Source of the DNA: Eledone cirrhosa
Lineage: Eukaryota
Reading direction: 5' to 3'
Length of the DNA stretch: 64,000 bases
NCBI GenBank assembly: GCA_964016885.1
Contig: CAXHJY010000768.1
Span: 107,147-171,146 of the forward strand
Positions within the stretch are counted from its first letter, which is position 1. Every line of letters begins with the position of its first letter. Under the pieces are notes generated by a model, which did not search any database, was not told where the DNA came from, and saw nothing but the letters and a program-made list of their open reading frames with translations. The translations under genes were made by a program, and so were the position numbers. This document shows positions 26,070 through 40,611 of the stretch, in pieces.

Positions 26070-26922
26070 TAGCCGCTAAAGGGTTCTCCCTAAAAATGAA
26101 AGGCAGGTTGTATGATGCCTGCATACGAACAGCAATGTTACATGGCAGTGAGACCTGGGCATTGTGTGTAGAGGATATACGCAGACTGGAGAGGAACGAA
26201 GCTTGCATGCTCCACTGGATGTGTAATAGTAATATACATGAACGGCAAAGCATAAACGAACTAAGGGAAACATTAGAAATAAGAGGGATCAGATGTTGTT
26301 TACTCGAGAGAAGGCTACGTTGGTATGGTCACGTGATGTGCATGAAAGACGACAGCTGTATAACAAAGTGCAGGGCAATAAAGATAGACGGTAGCCACGG
26401 AGTAGGCAGACCCAGAAAAACCTGGGACGACTTGATAAATTCCGACCTCACACACTTATACCTCTCCAAGACAATGTCACAGGACCGAGATCTTTGGCGG
26501 TACACAGTAATACAGAAGACTCGCCTTACCTAAGTGCAAAGTGAAACCTACTACAGTCAGTTGGCACCTCTAACAAAATACACCCCGTCCCACTACCCCC
26601 ACCCCATCCACCCCATCCACACCACCCCTTTCCATGTAAAGCTATGTTGGTGCCACAACATCCAGGCCGAAACAAATGAGGTCGTGTAGGTGTCTCGACA
26701 AAAAAACACACAGTCCACGCTGTAATGTGGCCGTGTAGGCAACACGGTAAAAACCTCCCAGCCCCACACTGTAAACATGGTTGGTGTTAGGAAGGGCATC
26801 CAGCTGTAGAAAACCCGCCAGACAGTCCTATGCGAGCAAGACAACAACTCTTGCCTCAAGTGGGAAAACTCCCGTCCAAACCCATGCAAGCGTGGAACAT
26901 GGACGTTAAACGATGATGATGA
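26070..26922 (+). mobile_element. RTE LINE 3' portion
   Basis: ORF 26096-26533 homologous to 21860-22489, plus 3'UTR. Confidence 0.9.
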
Positions 26923-26955
26923 TATATGTATGCATATATAGTATGTGTCACATGA

Positions 26956-27177
26956 AAGAAGAACCACCCACAACACCACTCAACAAAGACCTGGCGAAAC
27001 AAAATGTGCAGAACTAGTTCCGGACTAAAGAAACACATGGTGGTACATAAAGATTGTATCCCACAGGGTGACCCCACTGGTCCTGTGGAGAGCACAACTC
27101 TCTTCTGTCACCTGTGTTGTAAACCATTTAGATCTACAACTGGCCTTCAATGTCATCTACAAAGCCATGGAGAGTGA
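26956..27177 (+). pseudogene. Fragment with C2H2 zinc finger(s), probably a LINE C-terminus
   Basis: MCRTSSGLKKHMVVH...FCHLCCKPFRSTTGLQCHLQSHGE*. Confidence 0.55.
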
Positions 27178-27212
27178 GAGACAGACAGACTGATATATAT
27201 ATATGGATAGAT

Positions 27213-27625
27213 ATCAACTCTGGATGTCGGTGAGCATGTCCAGTTAACCTCAGTCTCCTCTGTGTCACTTTTGAGCTGACTTTTGGGATGCTCCCATACA
27301 GCTCTGAGTTTTTCATCCTCAGTGTACACTGATTAATGTTCAGAGCCATCCTCAGCATTCTCGTGTAGCACCCATCCACCATCTGAGTGAGTTTCTTGTC
27401 CAAGTCTCAGACCCAGACCGACATCCAGAGTTGACATTGCACTCAGTGCTCCTGTGGGAGCCCCTACATGGACACACTAAAAGAGGAAGACCAAGGTTAA
27501 CGTATGTTGATGCCCTAAGGACAGACACTGGTCTGTTGGAGACGCAGGACATGGCAGTGATAATGAGGGACAGAGACCGCTGGAGAGAACTCGTCCATGG
27601 ATCTCGGGAATTTTACCCGCCTTAG
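27213..27625. mobile_element. RTE-type LINE 3' end with 5' inversion
   Basis: Minus part encodes ...GCYTRMLRMALN...GHAHRHPEL; plus part continues RHPELTLHSVLLWEP...GRPRLTY. An uninverted copy lies at 50395-50817. Confidence 0.8.
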
Positions 27626-27639
27626 AGATGGATAGCTAT

Positions 27640-28152
27640 GTTTCTTTATTAGCCACAGGGGCACAAAAGAAGGGGAAAAATACAAAGGGGGAAGTTTACA
27701 TACAATAAAAACGTGTAAAATATTATCACAAATGCAATTTTAAAATTAGTCGATAGGGGGAGACAGTTCATATGGGTAACACATACCCCCGAAAAAATGT
27801 GCAACCCTCATCTCCAGGAGTACGAAAAGGTTGTACTCCTTTCCTCTCCTCCTTTTTTTCCTCAACCTACAGGTTGATATAGAGAGAAAGCCCATTCATT
27901 CGGGCCATTTTCGCCATTTTCACCCACCTTTCATAAAACTTGCTGGGGTACAGCACCTCTCTCTCCATCCTGATTCTTCTTCCAAAGTGGTATTTGAAAA
28001 AAAGAATCAGTTGTTGGCCGGAGAGAAAGGTGTCTGACCTCAGCCCTTTTAACCTCGTCCACCATACAACCTCTTTCGCCATAGCTATCACACAAAGGAA
28101 AACCGCCTCTTCTTCATTTTTGAAGGAGGGTGGCGGTTTGATCATGACAATG
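27640..28152 (-). mobile_element. Tx1-like LINE 3' fragment
   Basis: Homologous to 4378-4888; a second short 3' end lies at 28185-28275. Confidence 0.88.
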
Positions 28153-28391
28153 GATAGATAGATAAATAGATAGATAAATAGATATTTTTCTTTATTAGCC
28201 ACTGGGGCACAAAAGAACGGGACAAATACAAAGGGGGAAGTTTACATACAATAAAAACGTGTAAAATGTTATCAGATAAATAGATAGAGAGATAGAGATA
28301 TCATTTTGAGTACTTGTTGGTTGTTTACCGACATTTCAGTATTTTTATATTGTGTTTTTATATATAGATATATATGTAGATAGTGATATAT

Positions 28392-28783
28392 ATCATCATC
28401 ATCATTTTACATCTGCTTTTCCCTGCTTGCAAGGGTGGGACAGGTCCTATTCAGCACGACATCTCTCCATTCGCCACGGTCCTTCGTCATCACCTCCACG
28501 AGCTTCAGAGATCTGAGGTCAGCTCTCACCACCTCCGCCCATGATTTTCGTGGTCTTCCTCGACTGCCTCTTCCTTCCACTGGGATTTCTTGGCACTTCT
28601 TTACCCAGCGGTCATCCTCCATGCGCGTCACATGTCCATACCATCTCAGCCTTCTCTCCCACACACTACAACTTATCCCGCTTATACACAGTTTCTCTCT
28701 CAACTCATCCATGCTTGGTCGTTCACGTACATTGACATTGCACATCCAATGGAGCATGCTTGCTTCATTTCTCTCCAGCCATC
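28392..28783 (-). mobile_element. RTE LINE 3' fragment (putative SINE-A partner family)
   Basis: MLHWMC...RRLRWYGHV...PTLASREK, then (TGA)n. Confidence 0.88.
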
Positions 28784-28794
28784 GTTTTTATTTT

Positions 28795-28855
<61 letters not shown>

Positions 28856-28872
28856 CATACATATATATATAC

Positions 28873-28997
<125 letters not shown>

Positions 28998-29006
28998 TAT
29001 ATAGAT

Positions 29007-29352
29007 GGAGGCACATGGCTTAGTGGTTAGAGCATTGGGCTTGCAATTGAAAGGTTGTGAGTTCAATTCCCAGACCGGGTGATGTGTTGTTTCCTTGAGC
29101 AAGACACTTTATTTCACATTGCTCCAGTTTACTCAGCTGTAGAAATGAGATGATAGGGACTGGGGTCCCTATCATTCCACTGCAAAGTGGTCGTGGAGGT
29201 GCCACGGCAAAAAAGCACCCAGCACTCACTGTAAATGAGGTTGGTGTTAGGAAGGGCATCCAGCTGTAGAAATCAAGCCAGAATCAGTTCCCGTCCCACC
29301 CTTGCAAGCAGGGAAAAGTGGACGTAAAATGAAATGATGATGATGATGATGA
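29007..29352 (+). mobile_element. SINE family A
   Basis: Full-length copy with TGGCTTAGTGG A box and GTTCAATTC B box. Confidence 0.88.
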
Positions 29353-29521
29353 TACAGATATAGCCGTCAAAACGGCTTGAGCTCTGCTGTCGGGGTCATA
29401 AATTTTCCTATTACCCACTCTACTACCCTAAGTTTTGAGTACTCTGGTGCATTATGGTCCGTCTGGTTCCTTACCACAACTCCTTCGTTATATACAGATA
29501 GATAGATAGATAAATACTTAC

Positions 29522-29589
29522 TTCATTTCCCATGCCAGCTGTAGATAGTTGCAGCCCTGTTATAGCTTCCAATTCTTCACGGTGATTTT
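29522..29589 (-). CDS. Candidate host-gene exon (68 nt)
   Basis: tttaattttcag| ... |gtaagta; single open frame NHREELEAITGLQLSTAGMGNE. Confidence 0.5.
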
Positions 29590-30061
29590 CTGAAAATTAA
29601 ACAATACAAACATTATTATTAAGCATTGGTGTCAATTTAATCAATTTACCCCTCACCCGCAAAAAAAGGGAGAGTAACAAATGGATAAAAGACAGGATGA
29701 TAGCCTTGATGACTATTTACAAATAGGAACAAACTTGCCACTAACCCATTAGCTGCAAATAGAAAAGATATTGATGAGGCCCAATATATTGATTAGCGAA
29801 GGAGAAGGGATAGAGAATATGGAAACATTAATATCACTAGCAGAAAAACCACTCTTCGAGTGGTTTTCTGCTCGAATGTGTAGTGTGTATATTGATATTA
29901 TACGCAGGTATATATACATGTAGATATGATACATCAAATGAAATCGTAATTGACAATATACACAGAAATTGAACGAAGACTGTGTTACACTGTCTTATGT
30001 AATCAGTAAAGTAATCCATGATGTATTTAAAAAGAGACGATATTATATATAAAATGCATTA

Positions 30062-30700
30062 GGGCGATGGATTGGCAGAATCGGTAGAGGGTCGGACGCC
30101 ATGCTTTGCAGCATAGAGTTATTGCCCTTTACGGTCTGAGTTCTAATCCCGCCGATGTTATTATTATTATTATTATTATAAGGTGGTAGATAGGCAGAAT
30201 CGGTAGAGGGTCGGATGCCATGCTTTGCAGCACAGTTACGTCCCTTTACGGACTGAGTTCAAATCCTGCCGAGGTTAACTTTGCCTTTCATCCTTACGGG
30301 GGTCGATAAAATAAAGTACCTGTAATGCACTGGGATAATTGCTGGCCTTGTGCCAAAAGTAGAAACAATTATATATAAACAACAAAAATATATGCGATTA
30401 TAAGTGTTATAATATAATGGTCGCTAACTGGAAGTGTTGACGTTTGAAAATTTTAAAGAAGTGAATCTTTAAATAAGCTATAAAATATATTTAATCAACA
30501 GCCATGAAATTTAGTAAATAAATTATGTAATATTCATTCATTATTTGGCAATATCGGTAGAGGGTCGGACGCCATGCTTTGACACATAGAGTTACGGCCC
30601 TTGCCATTCTGAGTTCAAATCCCGCCGAGGTTAACTTTGCCTTTCATCCTTACGGGGTCGATAAAATAAAGTACCAGTAATGCATTGGGGTAATTGGATA
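30062..30700 (+). mobile_element. Cluster of family B SINEs
   Basis: Heads at ~30062, ~30181 and ~30546. Confidence 0.8.
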
Positions 30701-30837
30701 CAAACGATGTCGCAGGTTTTATATGAGAGTGACCTTCTTCTAGAGAGATGTCTTAATGAAGACGAGGAGTTTTTCGCTCCAATATACACACACACACAAA
30801 GCCATATCAGTTAAGTTCTATACCTAGCTTGACATAA

Positions 30838-30907
30838 AGTAGTAGTAGTGGTAGTGGTGGTGGTACTAGTGGTAGTAGTGGTGGTAGTGGTGGTGATAGT
30901 AGTAGTG

Positions 30908-30938
<31 letters not shown>

Positions 30939-31000
30939 TGGTGGTGGTAGTGGTGGTGGTACTAGTGGTAGTAGTGGTGGTAGTAGTAGTAGTAGTAGTG

Positions 31001-31032
<32 letters not shown>

Positions 31033-31033
31033 G

Positions 31034-31064
<31 letters not shown>

Positions 31065-31132
31065 TGGTGGTGGTACTAGTGGTAGTAGTGGTGGTAGTAG
31101 TAGTGGTGGTGGTGGTAGTAGTAGTAGTAGTG

Positions 31133-31166
<34 letters not shown>

Positions 31167-32092
31167 TAGTAGTGGTGATAGTAGAAGTGGTGGTGGTGGT
31201 AGTAGTAGTGGTGGTGGTGGTAGTAGTAGTGGTGGTGGTGGTGGTAGTAGTATTAGTAGTGGTAGTAGTAGTGGTGGTGGTAATAGTAGTGGTGGTGGTA
31301 GTACTAGTGGTAGTAGTAGTAGTAGTAGTGGTGGTAGTGGTAGTAGTAGTAGTAGTGGTGGTGGTGGTAGTAGCCGTGGTGGTAATAGTAATGGTAGTAG
31401 TAGCAGTAGTAGTGGTAGTAGTAGTGGTAATAGTAGTGGTAGTAGCAGTAGTAGTAGTAGTGGTAGTAGTAGTGGTAGTAGTAACGGTGGTGATAGTGGA
31501 GCTTTTTATTTGTCGATGTTATTGTTGCTGCTGTTGTTGTTGTTGTTGTTGTAGCTGTTGTATCTGCATTTGTTGTTGTTGTAGGTGCAGTTATTGTTGT
31601 TGTAGGTGCAGTTATTGTTGTTGTATCTGCATTTGTTGTTGTTGTATCTGCATTTGTTGTTGTTGTATCTGCATTTGTTGTTGTATCTGCATTTGTTGTA
31701 TCTGCATTTGTTGTTGTTGTATCTGCATTTGTTGTAGCTGCTGCAGTTGTTGTAGCTGCAGTTGTTGTTGTTGTAGCTGCAGTTGATGTTGTAGCTGCAG
31801 TTGTTGTAGCTACAGTTGTTGTTGTAGCTGCAGTTGTTGATGTTGTAGCTGCAGTTGTTGCTGTATCTGCATTTGTTGTTGTAGCTTCAGTTATTGTTGT
31901 TGTTGTATCTGCAGTTGTATCTGCAGTTGTTGTTGTAGCTGCACTTGTAGCTGCACTTGTTGTTGTTGTTGTTGTAGCTGCAGTTGTTGTATCTGCAGCT
32001 GTTGTTGTAGCTGCAGTTGTTGTTGTATCTGCAGTTGTTGTTGTAGCTGCAGTTGTTTTTGTTGTAGCTGCAGTTGTTTTTGTTGTAGCTGC
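30838..32092. repeat. (GTA/GTG)n then (GTT/GCA)-rich triplet repeats
   Basis: Direct reading. Confidence 0.88.
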
Positions 32093-32318
32093 ACTCTGTT
32101 CACATAAACTGCAGCATTGAAACAATGCATTATTGCATTTTTTAACCACATCTGCAGTTGATATTGTGCAACTGAAAGCAGTGTGCATGGCACTTGGTTG
32201 TTAAAAGCCAAGCTTTCGCTAATGTATATACTCCATATACACTCACCGTATATATAATTTAAATATAATTTTCACAATTGGTTATCATATGCTAATAAGG
32301 CTTTCAAATATATAGGTG

Positions 32319-32359
<41 letters not shown>

Positions 32360-32364
32360 AGGTG

Positions 32365-32406
<42 letters not shown>

Positions 32407-32424
32407 AGTGTGTGTGTGTAGGTG

Positions 32425-32474
<50 letters not shown>

Positions 32475-32510
32475 AATATATATATGTATGTGTGTGTGTG
32501 TGTGCGTAGG

Positions 32511-32543
<33 letters not shown>

Positions 32544-32545
32544 AG

Positions 32546-32605
<60 letters not shown>

Positions 32606-32699
32606 GTATATATAAATATATATATGTATGTGTGTGTGTGTGCGTAGGTATATATATATATATGTGTCTGTGTGTGTGTATATATATATATATATATAG

Positions 32700-32752
<53 letters not shown>

Positions 32753-32758
32753 TGTGTG

Positions 32759-32805
<47 letters not shown>

Positions 32806-33059
32806 AGGTGTATATATAAATATATATATATGTGTGTGTGTGTGTGTAGGTGTATATATATATATATGTGTGTGTGTGTAGGTGTATATATAAATATATA
32901 TATGTGTGTGTGTGTGTAGGTGTATATATATATGTGTGAGTGTGTGTGTATATAAAAAATATTATACAAATTCTATATATAGAAATGCAAAGTATAAATT
33001 ATATACAGTGTACATATATACATATTATATACACATTATGTATATAATGGTTTCTTATA

Positions 33060-33495
33060 CAGGCACAAGGCCAGTAATTTTGGGGAGGGGAAAATCTATT
33101 AAATCGACTCCAGTACATTACTGGTACTTTATTTTATCGACCCCGTAAGGATGAAAGGCAAAGTTAACCTCGGCGGGATTTGAACTCAGACCGTAAAGGG
33201 CCGTAACTCTATGCTGCAAAGTATGGCATCCGACCCTCTACCGATTCTGCCTATCTACCACCTTATAATAATAATAATAATAATAACCTCGGCGGGATTT
33301 GAACTCAGACCGTAAAGGGCAATAACTCTATGCTGCAAAGTATGGCATCCGACCCTCTACCGATTCTGCCTATCTACCACCTTATAATAATAATAATAAT
33401 AATAACCTCGGCGGGATTTGAACTCAGACCGTAAAGGGCCGTAACTCTATGCTGCAAAGTATGGCATCCGACCCTCTACCGATTCTGCCAATCTG
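33060..33495 (-). mobile_element. SINE family B with triplicated ~119-bp head
   Basis: Three tandem AACCTCGGCGGGATTTGAACTC...GATTCTGCC units separated by (TAA)n. Confidence 0.85.
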
Positions 33496-33619
33496 AGCAT
33501 GAGTGAGGTATCAATATAACATTATTATGTTTATTCCGATGTGATGTGTGTTTTGTGATCAATCAGATCACCGTGTGATTGGTAGTGATTGTACCCAACA
33601 CACAATACACATATATCAT

Positions 33620-34175
33620 CAACATCATCATCATCATCATCATTTTATGTCCGCTTTTCCCTGCTTGCAAGGGTTGGACGGGTCCTATTCAGCACAGCAT
33701 CTCTCCACCCGTCACGGTCCTTCGTCATCTCCTCCGTGAGTTTCAGCGATCTGAGGTCTGCTCTCACCACCTCCGCCCATGTTTTACGTGGTCTTCCTCT
33801 ACTACGTCTTCTTTCTACTGGGATTTCTTGGCACTTCTTTACCCAGCGGTCATCCTTCATGTGCACCACATGTCCATACCATCTCAGCCTTCTCTCCTGC
33901 ACACCACAACTTATCTCTCTTATACCCAGTTTCTTTCTCAACACATCCATGCTGGGTCGTTCACGTACATTGACATTGCACATCCAACGGAGCATACTTG
34001 CTTCATTTCTCTCCAGCCATCACATATCTTCTTCAGTTGCTGCCCATGTCTCACTACCATGCAGCATCGCGCATCTCACACAGGCATCGTATAACCATCC
34101 TTTCGTACGCAGGGAGAAACCCTTCTTTGTCAACAGAGGAAGCAGCTCCCTAAACTTCTTCCAACTCATCCTTAT
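33620..34175 (-). mobile_element. RTE LINE 3' fragment
   Basis: ORF 33645-33995, same family as 28392-28783. Confidence 0.88.
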
Positions 34176-34199
34176 ATTTCATTTCATCATCATTTCATC

Positions 34200-34530
34200 A
34201 TCATTTTACATCCACTTTTCCCTGCTTGCAAGGGTGGGATGGGAACTGATTCTGGCTTGATTTCTACAGCTGGATGCCCTTCCTAACACCAACCTCATTT
34301 ACAGTGAGTGCTGGGTGCTTTTTTTTTGCCGTGGCACCTCCACGGCCACTTTGCAGTGGAATGATAGGGATCTCAGTCCCTATCATCTCATTTCTACAGC
34401 TGAGTAAACTGGAGCAATGTGAAATAAAGTGTCTTGCTCAAGGAAACAACACATCACCCGGTCTGAGAATTGAACTCACAACCTTTCGATTGCAAGGCCA
34501 ATGCTCTAACCACTAAGCCATGTGCCTTCA
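34200..34530 (-). mobile_element. SINE family A
   Basis: Reverse complement of 29007-29352. Confidence 0.88.
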
Positions 34531-34817
34531 TATATATATATATATATGGAGAGGACAATCAAAGCAAAAGCATAACTTTAGTCTGCTCCCTTCCACCTAC
34601 AATTGCCCCCAAAATATTACCTTTTACTCAATTTTGCTGTCTCATCAAATCACATTATTGGTCATCATTGAAATATGATACATTGGGTCCTTGATCAAGA
34701 CATTTTATTTCACATTCCTCCTTCTGCCAGGAGTTGTGACCACTAGATAGTATCAGCAATGAAAAGACCAATGGAAGCATTGTTTCCTTGGTTTAATTTG
34801 ACAAGGTCTACTCCACT

Positions 34818-37800
34818 AGTATAGAATATGGTGTATAGAATATGGTGTATAGAATATGGTGTATAGAATATGGTGTATAGAATATGGTGTATAGAATATG
34901 GTGTATAGAATATGGTGTATAGAATATGGTGTATAGAATACATGTATAGAATATGGTGTATAGAATATGGTGTATAGAATATGGTGTATAGAATACAGTG
35001 TATAGAATATAGTGTATAGAATATGGTGTATAGAATATGGTGTATAGAATATGGTGTATAGAATATGGTGTATAGAATATGGTGTATAGAATATGGTGTA
35101 TAGAATATGGTGTATAGAATATGGTGTATAGAATACAGTGTATAGAATATGGTGTATAGAATATGGTGTATAGAATATGGTGTATAGAATACAGTGTATA
35201 GAATATGGTGTATAGAATATGGTGTACAGAATATGGTGTATAGAATATGGTGTATAGAATATGGTGTATAGAATACAGTGTATAGAATATGGTGTATAGA
35301 ATATGGTGTATAGAATATGGTGTATAGAATACAGTGTATAGAATATGGTGTATAGAATATGGTGTACAGAATATGGTGTATAGAATATGGTGTATAGAAT
35401 ATGGTGTATAGAATATGGTGTATAGAATACAGTGTATAGAATATAGTGTATAGAATATGGTGTATAGAATACAGTGTTTAGAATATGGTGTATAGAATAC
35501 AGTGTATAGAATATGGTGTATAGAATATGGTGTATAGAATATGGTGTATAGAATATGGTGTATAGAATATGGTGTATAGAATACATGTATAGAATATGGT
35601 GTATAGAATATGGTGTATAGAATATGGTGTATAGAATATGGTGTATAGAATATGGTGTATAGAATATGGTGTATAGAATATGGTGTATAGAATATGGTGT
35701 ATAGAATACAGTGTATAGAATATGGTGTATAGAATATGGTGTACAGAATATGGTGTATAGAATATGGTGTATAGAATATGGTGTATAGAATATGGTGTAT
35801 AGAATACAGTGTATAGAATATAGTGTATAGAATATGGTGTATAGAATATGGTGTATAGAATATGGTGTATAGAATATGGTGTATAGAATACATGTATAGA
35901 ATATGGTGTATAGAATATGGTGTATAGAATATGGTGTATAGAATACAGTGTATAGAATATAGTGTATAGAATATGGTGTATAGAATATGGTGTATAGAAT
36001 ATGGTGTATAGAATATGGTGTATAGAATATGGTGTATAGAATACATGTATAGAATATGGTGTATAGAATATGGTGTATAGAATATGGTGTATAGAATATG
36101 GTGTATAGAATACAGTGTATAGAATATGGTGTATAGAATATGGTGTATAGAATATGGTGTATAGAATATGGTGTATAGAATATGGTGTATAGAATATGGT
36201 GTACAGAATATGGTGTATAGAATATGGTGTATAGAATATGGTGTATAGAATATGGTGTATAGAATACAGTGTATAGAATATAGTGTATAGAATATGGTGT
36301 ACAGAATACATGTATAGAATATGGTGTATAGAATATGGTGTATAGAATATGGTGTATAGAATATGGTGTATAGAATATGGTGTATAGAATATGGTGTATA
36401 GAATACAGTGTATAGAATATAGTGTATAGAATATGGTGTATAGAATATAGTGTATAGAATATGGTGTATAGAATATGGTGTATAGAATATGGTGTATAGA
36501 ATATGGTGTATAGAATACAGTGTATAGAAAATGGTGTATAGAATATGGTGTATAGAATATGGTGTATAGAATATGGTGTATAGAATACATGTATAGAATA
36601 TGGTGTATAGAATATAGTGTACAGAATATGGTGTATAGAATATGGTGTATAGAATATGGTGTATAGAATATGGTGTATAGAATACAGTGTATAGAATATG
36701 GTGTATAGAATATGGTGTATAGAATATGGTGTATAGAATATGGTGTATAGAATACAGTGTATAGAATATGGTGTATAGAATATGGTGTATAGAATATGGT
36801 GTATAGAATATGGTGTATAGAATACATGTATAGAATATGGTGTATAGAATATGGTGTATAGAATATGGTGTATAGAATATGGTGTATAGAATACAGTGTA
36901 TAGAATATGGTGTATAGAATATGGTGTATAGAATACAGTGTATAGAATACGGTGTATAGAATATGGTGTATAGAATATGGTGTATAGAATATGGTGTATA
37001 GAATATGGTGTATAGAATATGGTGTATAGAATATGGTGTATAGAATATGGTGTATAGAATATGGTGTATAGAATATGGTGTATAGAATATGGTGTATAGA
37101 ATATGGTGTATAGAATATGGTGTATAGAATATGGTGTATAGAATATGGTGTATAGAATATGGTGTATAGAATACAGTGTATAGGATATGGTGTATAGAAT
37201 ATGGTGTATAGAATATGGTGTATAGAATATGGTGTATAGAATACAGTGTATAGAATATGGTGTATAGAATATGGTGTATAGAATATGGTGTATAGAATAT
37301 GGTGTATAGAATATGGTGTATAGAATATGGTGTATAGAATATGGTGTATAGAATATGGTGTATAGAATATGGTGTATAGAATATGGTGTATAGAATATGG
37401 TGTATAGAATACAGTGTATAGAATATGGTGTATAGAATATGGTGTATAGAATATGGTGTATAGAATACAGTGTATAGAATATGGTGTATAGAATATGGTG
37501 TATAGAATATGGTGTATAGAATATGGTGTATAGAATATGGTGTATAGAATACAGTGTATAGAATATGGTGTATAGAATATGGTGTATAGAATATGGTGTA
37601 TAGAATATGGTGTATAGAATATGGTGTATAGAATATGGTGTATAGAATATGGTGTATAGAATATGGTGTATAGAATATGGTGTATAGAATATGGTGTATA
37701 GAATATGGTGTATAGAATATGGTGTATAGAATACAGTGTATAGAATATGGTGTATAGAATATGGTGTATAGAATATGGTGTATAGAATACAGTGTATAGA

Positions 37801-40372
37801 ATATGGTGTATAGAATATGGTCTATAGAATATGGTGTATAGAATATGGTGTATAGAATACAGTGTATAGAATATGGTGTATAGAATATGGTGTATAGAAT
37901 ACAGTGTATAGAATATGGTGTACAGAATATGGTGTATAGAATATGGTGTATAGAATACAGTGTATAGAATATGGTGTATAGAATACGGTGTATAGAATAT
38001 GGTGTATAGAATATGGTGTATAGAATACAGTGTATAGAATATGGTGTATAGAATATGGTGTATAGAATATGGTGTATAGAATATGGTGTATAGAATACAG
38101 TGTATAGAATATGGTGTATAGAATACAGTGTATAGAATATGGTGTACAGAATATGGTGTATAGAATATGGTGTATAGAATACAGTGTATAGAATATGGTG
38201 TATAGAATATGGTGTATAGAATATGGTGTATAGAATATGGTGTATAGAATATGGTGTATAGAATATGGTGTATAGAATATGGTGTATAGAATATGGTGTA
38301 TAGAATATGGTGTATAGAATACAGTGTATAGAATATGGTGTATAGAATATGGTGTATAGAATATGGTGTATAGAATATGGTGTATAGAATACATGTATAG
38401 AATATGGTGTATAGAATATGGTGTATAGAATATGGTGTATAGAATATGGTGTATAGAATATGGTGTATAGAATATGGTGTATAGAATATGGTGTATAGAA
38501 TACAGTGTATAGAATATGGTGTATAGAATATGGTGTATAGAATATGGTGTATAGAATATGGTGTATAGAATATGGTGTATAGAATATGGTGTATAGAATA
38601 TGGTGTATAGAATATGGTGTATAGAATACAGTGTATAGAATATGGTGTATAGAATACAGTGTATAGAATATGGTGTATAGAATATGGTGTATAGAATATG
38701 GTGTATAGAATATGGTGTATAGAATATGGTGTATAGAATATGGTGTATAGAATATGGTGTATAGAATATGGTGTATAGAATATGGTGTATAGAATACAGT
38801 GTATAGAATATGGTGTATAGAATATGGTGTATAGAATATGGTGTATAGAATATGGTGTATAGAATATGGTGTATAGAATATGGTGTATAGAATATGGTGT
38901 ATAGAATATAGTGTATAGAATACAGTGTATAGAATATGGTGTATAGAATACAGTGTATAGAATATGGTGTATAGAATATGGTGTATAGAATACAGTGTAT
39001 AGAATATGGTGTATAGAATACAGTGTATAGAATATGGTGTATAGAATATGGTGTATAGAATACAGTGTATAGAATATGGTGTATAGAATACAGTGTATAG
39101 AATATGGTGTATAGAATATGGTGTATAGAATACAGTGTATAGAATATGGTGTATAGAATATGGTGTATAGAATATGGTGTATAGTATATGGTGTATAGAA
39201 TACAGTGTATAGAATATGGTGTATAGAATACAGTGTATAGAATATGGTGTATAGAATATGGTGTATAGAATATGGTGTATAGAATACAGTGTATAGAATA
39301 TGGTGTATAGAATACAGTGTATAGAATATGGTGTATAGAATATGGTGTATAGAATACAGTGTATAGAATATGGTGTATAGAATATGGTGTATAGAATATG
39401 GTGTATAGAATATGGTGTATAGAATATGGTGTATAGAATATGGTGTATAAAATACAGTGTATAGAATATGGTGTATAGAATATGGTGTATAGAATATGGT
39501 GTATAGAATATGGTGTATAGAATATGGTGTATAGAATATGGTGTATAGAATACAGTGTATAGAATATGGTGTATAGAATATGGTGTATAGAATATGGTGT
39601 ATAGAATATGGTGTATAGAATATGGTGTATAGAATATGGTGTATAGAATATGGTGTATAGAATATGGTGTATAGAATATGGTGTATAGAATATGGTGTAT
39701 AGAATATGGTGTATAGAATACAGTGTATAGAATATGGTGTATAGAATATGGTGTATAGAATATGGTGTATAGAATATGGTGTATAGAATATGGTGTATAG
39801 AATATGGTGTATAGAATATGGTGTATAGAATATGGTGTATAGAATACAGTGTATAGAATATGGTGTATAGAATATGGTGTATAGAATATGGTGTATAGAA
39901 TATGGTGTATAGAATACAGTGTATAGAATATGGTGTATAGAATATGGTGTATAGAATATGGTGTATAGAATATGGTGTATAGAATACAGTGTATAGAATA
40001 TGGTGTATAGTATATGGTGTATAGAATACAGTGTATAGAATATGGTGTACAGAATATGGTGTATAGAATACAGTGTATAGAATATGGTGTATAGAATACG
40101 GTGTATAGAATATGGTGTATAGAATATGGTGTATAGAATACGGTGTATAGAATACAGTGTATAGAATATGGTGTATAGAATATGGTGTATAGAATATGGT
40201 GTATAGAATATGGTGTATAGAATACAGTGTATAGAATATGGTGTATAGAATATGGTGTATAGAATATAGTGTATAGAATATCGTGTATAGAATACAGTGT
40301 ATAGAATATGGTGTATAGAATATGGTGTATAGAATATGGTGTATAGAATATGGTGTATAGAATACGGTGTAT
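34818..40372. repeat. 14-bp satellite GTATAGAATATGGT, ~400 copies
   Basis: Direct reading; common variants GTATAGAATACAGT and the 13-bp GTATAGAATACAT. Confidence 0.97.
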
Positions 40373-40611
40373 CTTGGTTGTCCATCGTAAACGATGATGA
40401 CATTTTCATGATATATATATATATCATCATCATCAACGTCCATCTTCCACGCTAGCATGGGTTAGACGGGAGTTGTCCCACTTGAGGCAAGGTTGGTCGG
40501 GTGACCGTGTCTCGCTCATATAGGACTATCTGGCAGGTTTTCTACAGCTGGATGCCCTTCCTAACACCAACTACATTGACAGTGTGGAACTGGGAACTTA
40601 TTACCGTGTTA

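Noticed and set aside
29007-29080. tRNA genes at SINE heads
   Set aside because: A/B boxes are present, but the acceptor stem is not intact and the sequence continues into SINE body in many copies.
29840-30010. Hairpin GCAGAAAAACCACTC/GAGTGGTTTTCTGC and an HHR-like remnant
   Set aside because: No intact CUGANGA/GAAA pair; too degenerate to call.
30848-32211. Poly-Val, mucin-like Thr-rich and poly-Gln ORFs
   Set aside because: Triplet-repeat artefacts; a coding role cannot be supported from sequence alone.
35478-40458. 1652-aa and 878-aa ORFs
   Set aside because: Translations of the 14-bp satellite, which lacks stops on that strand.
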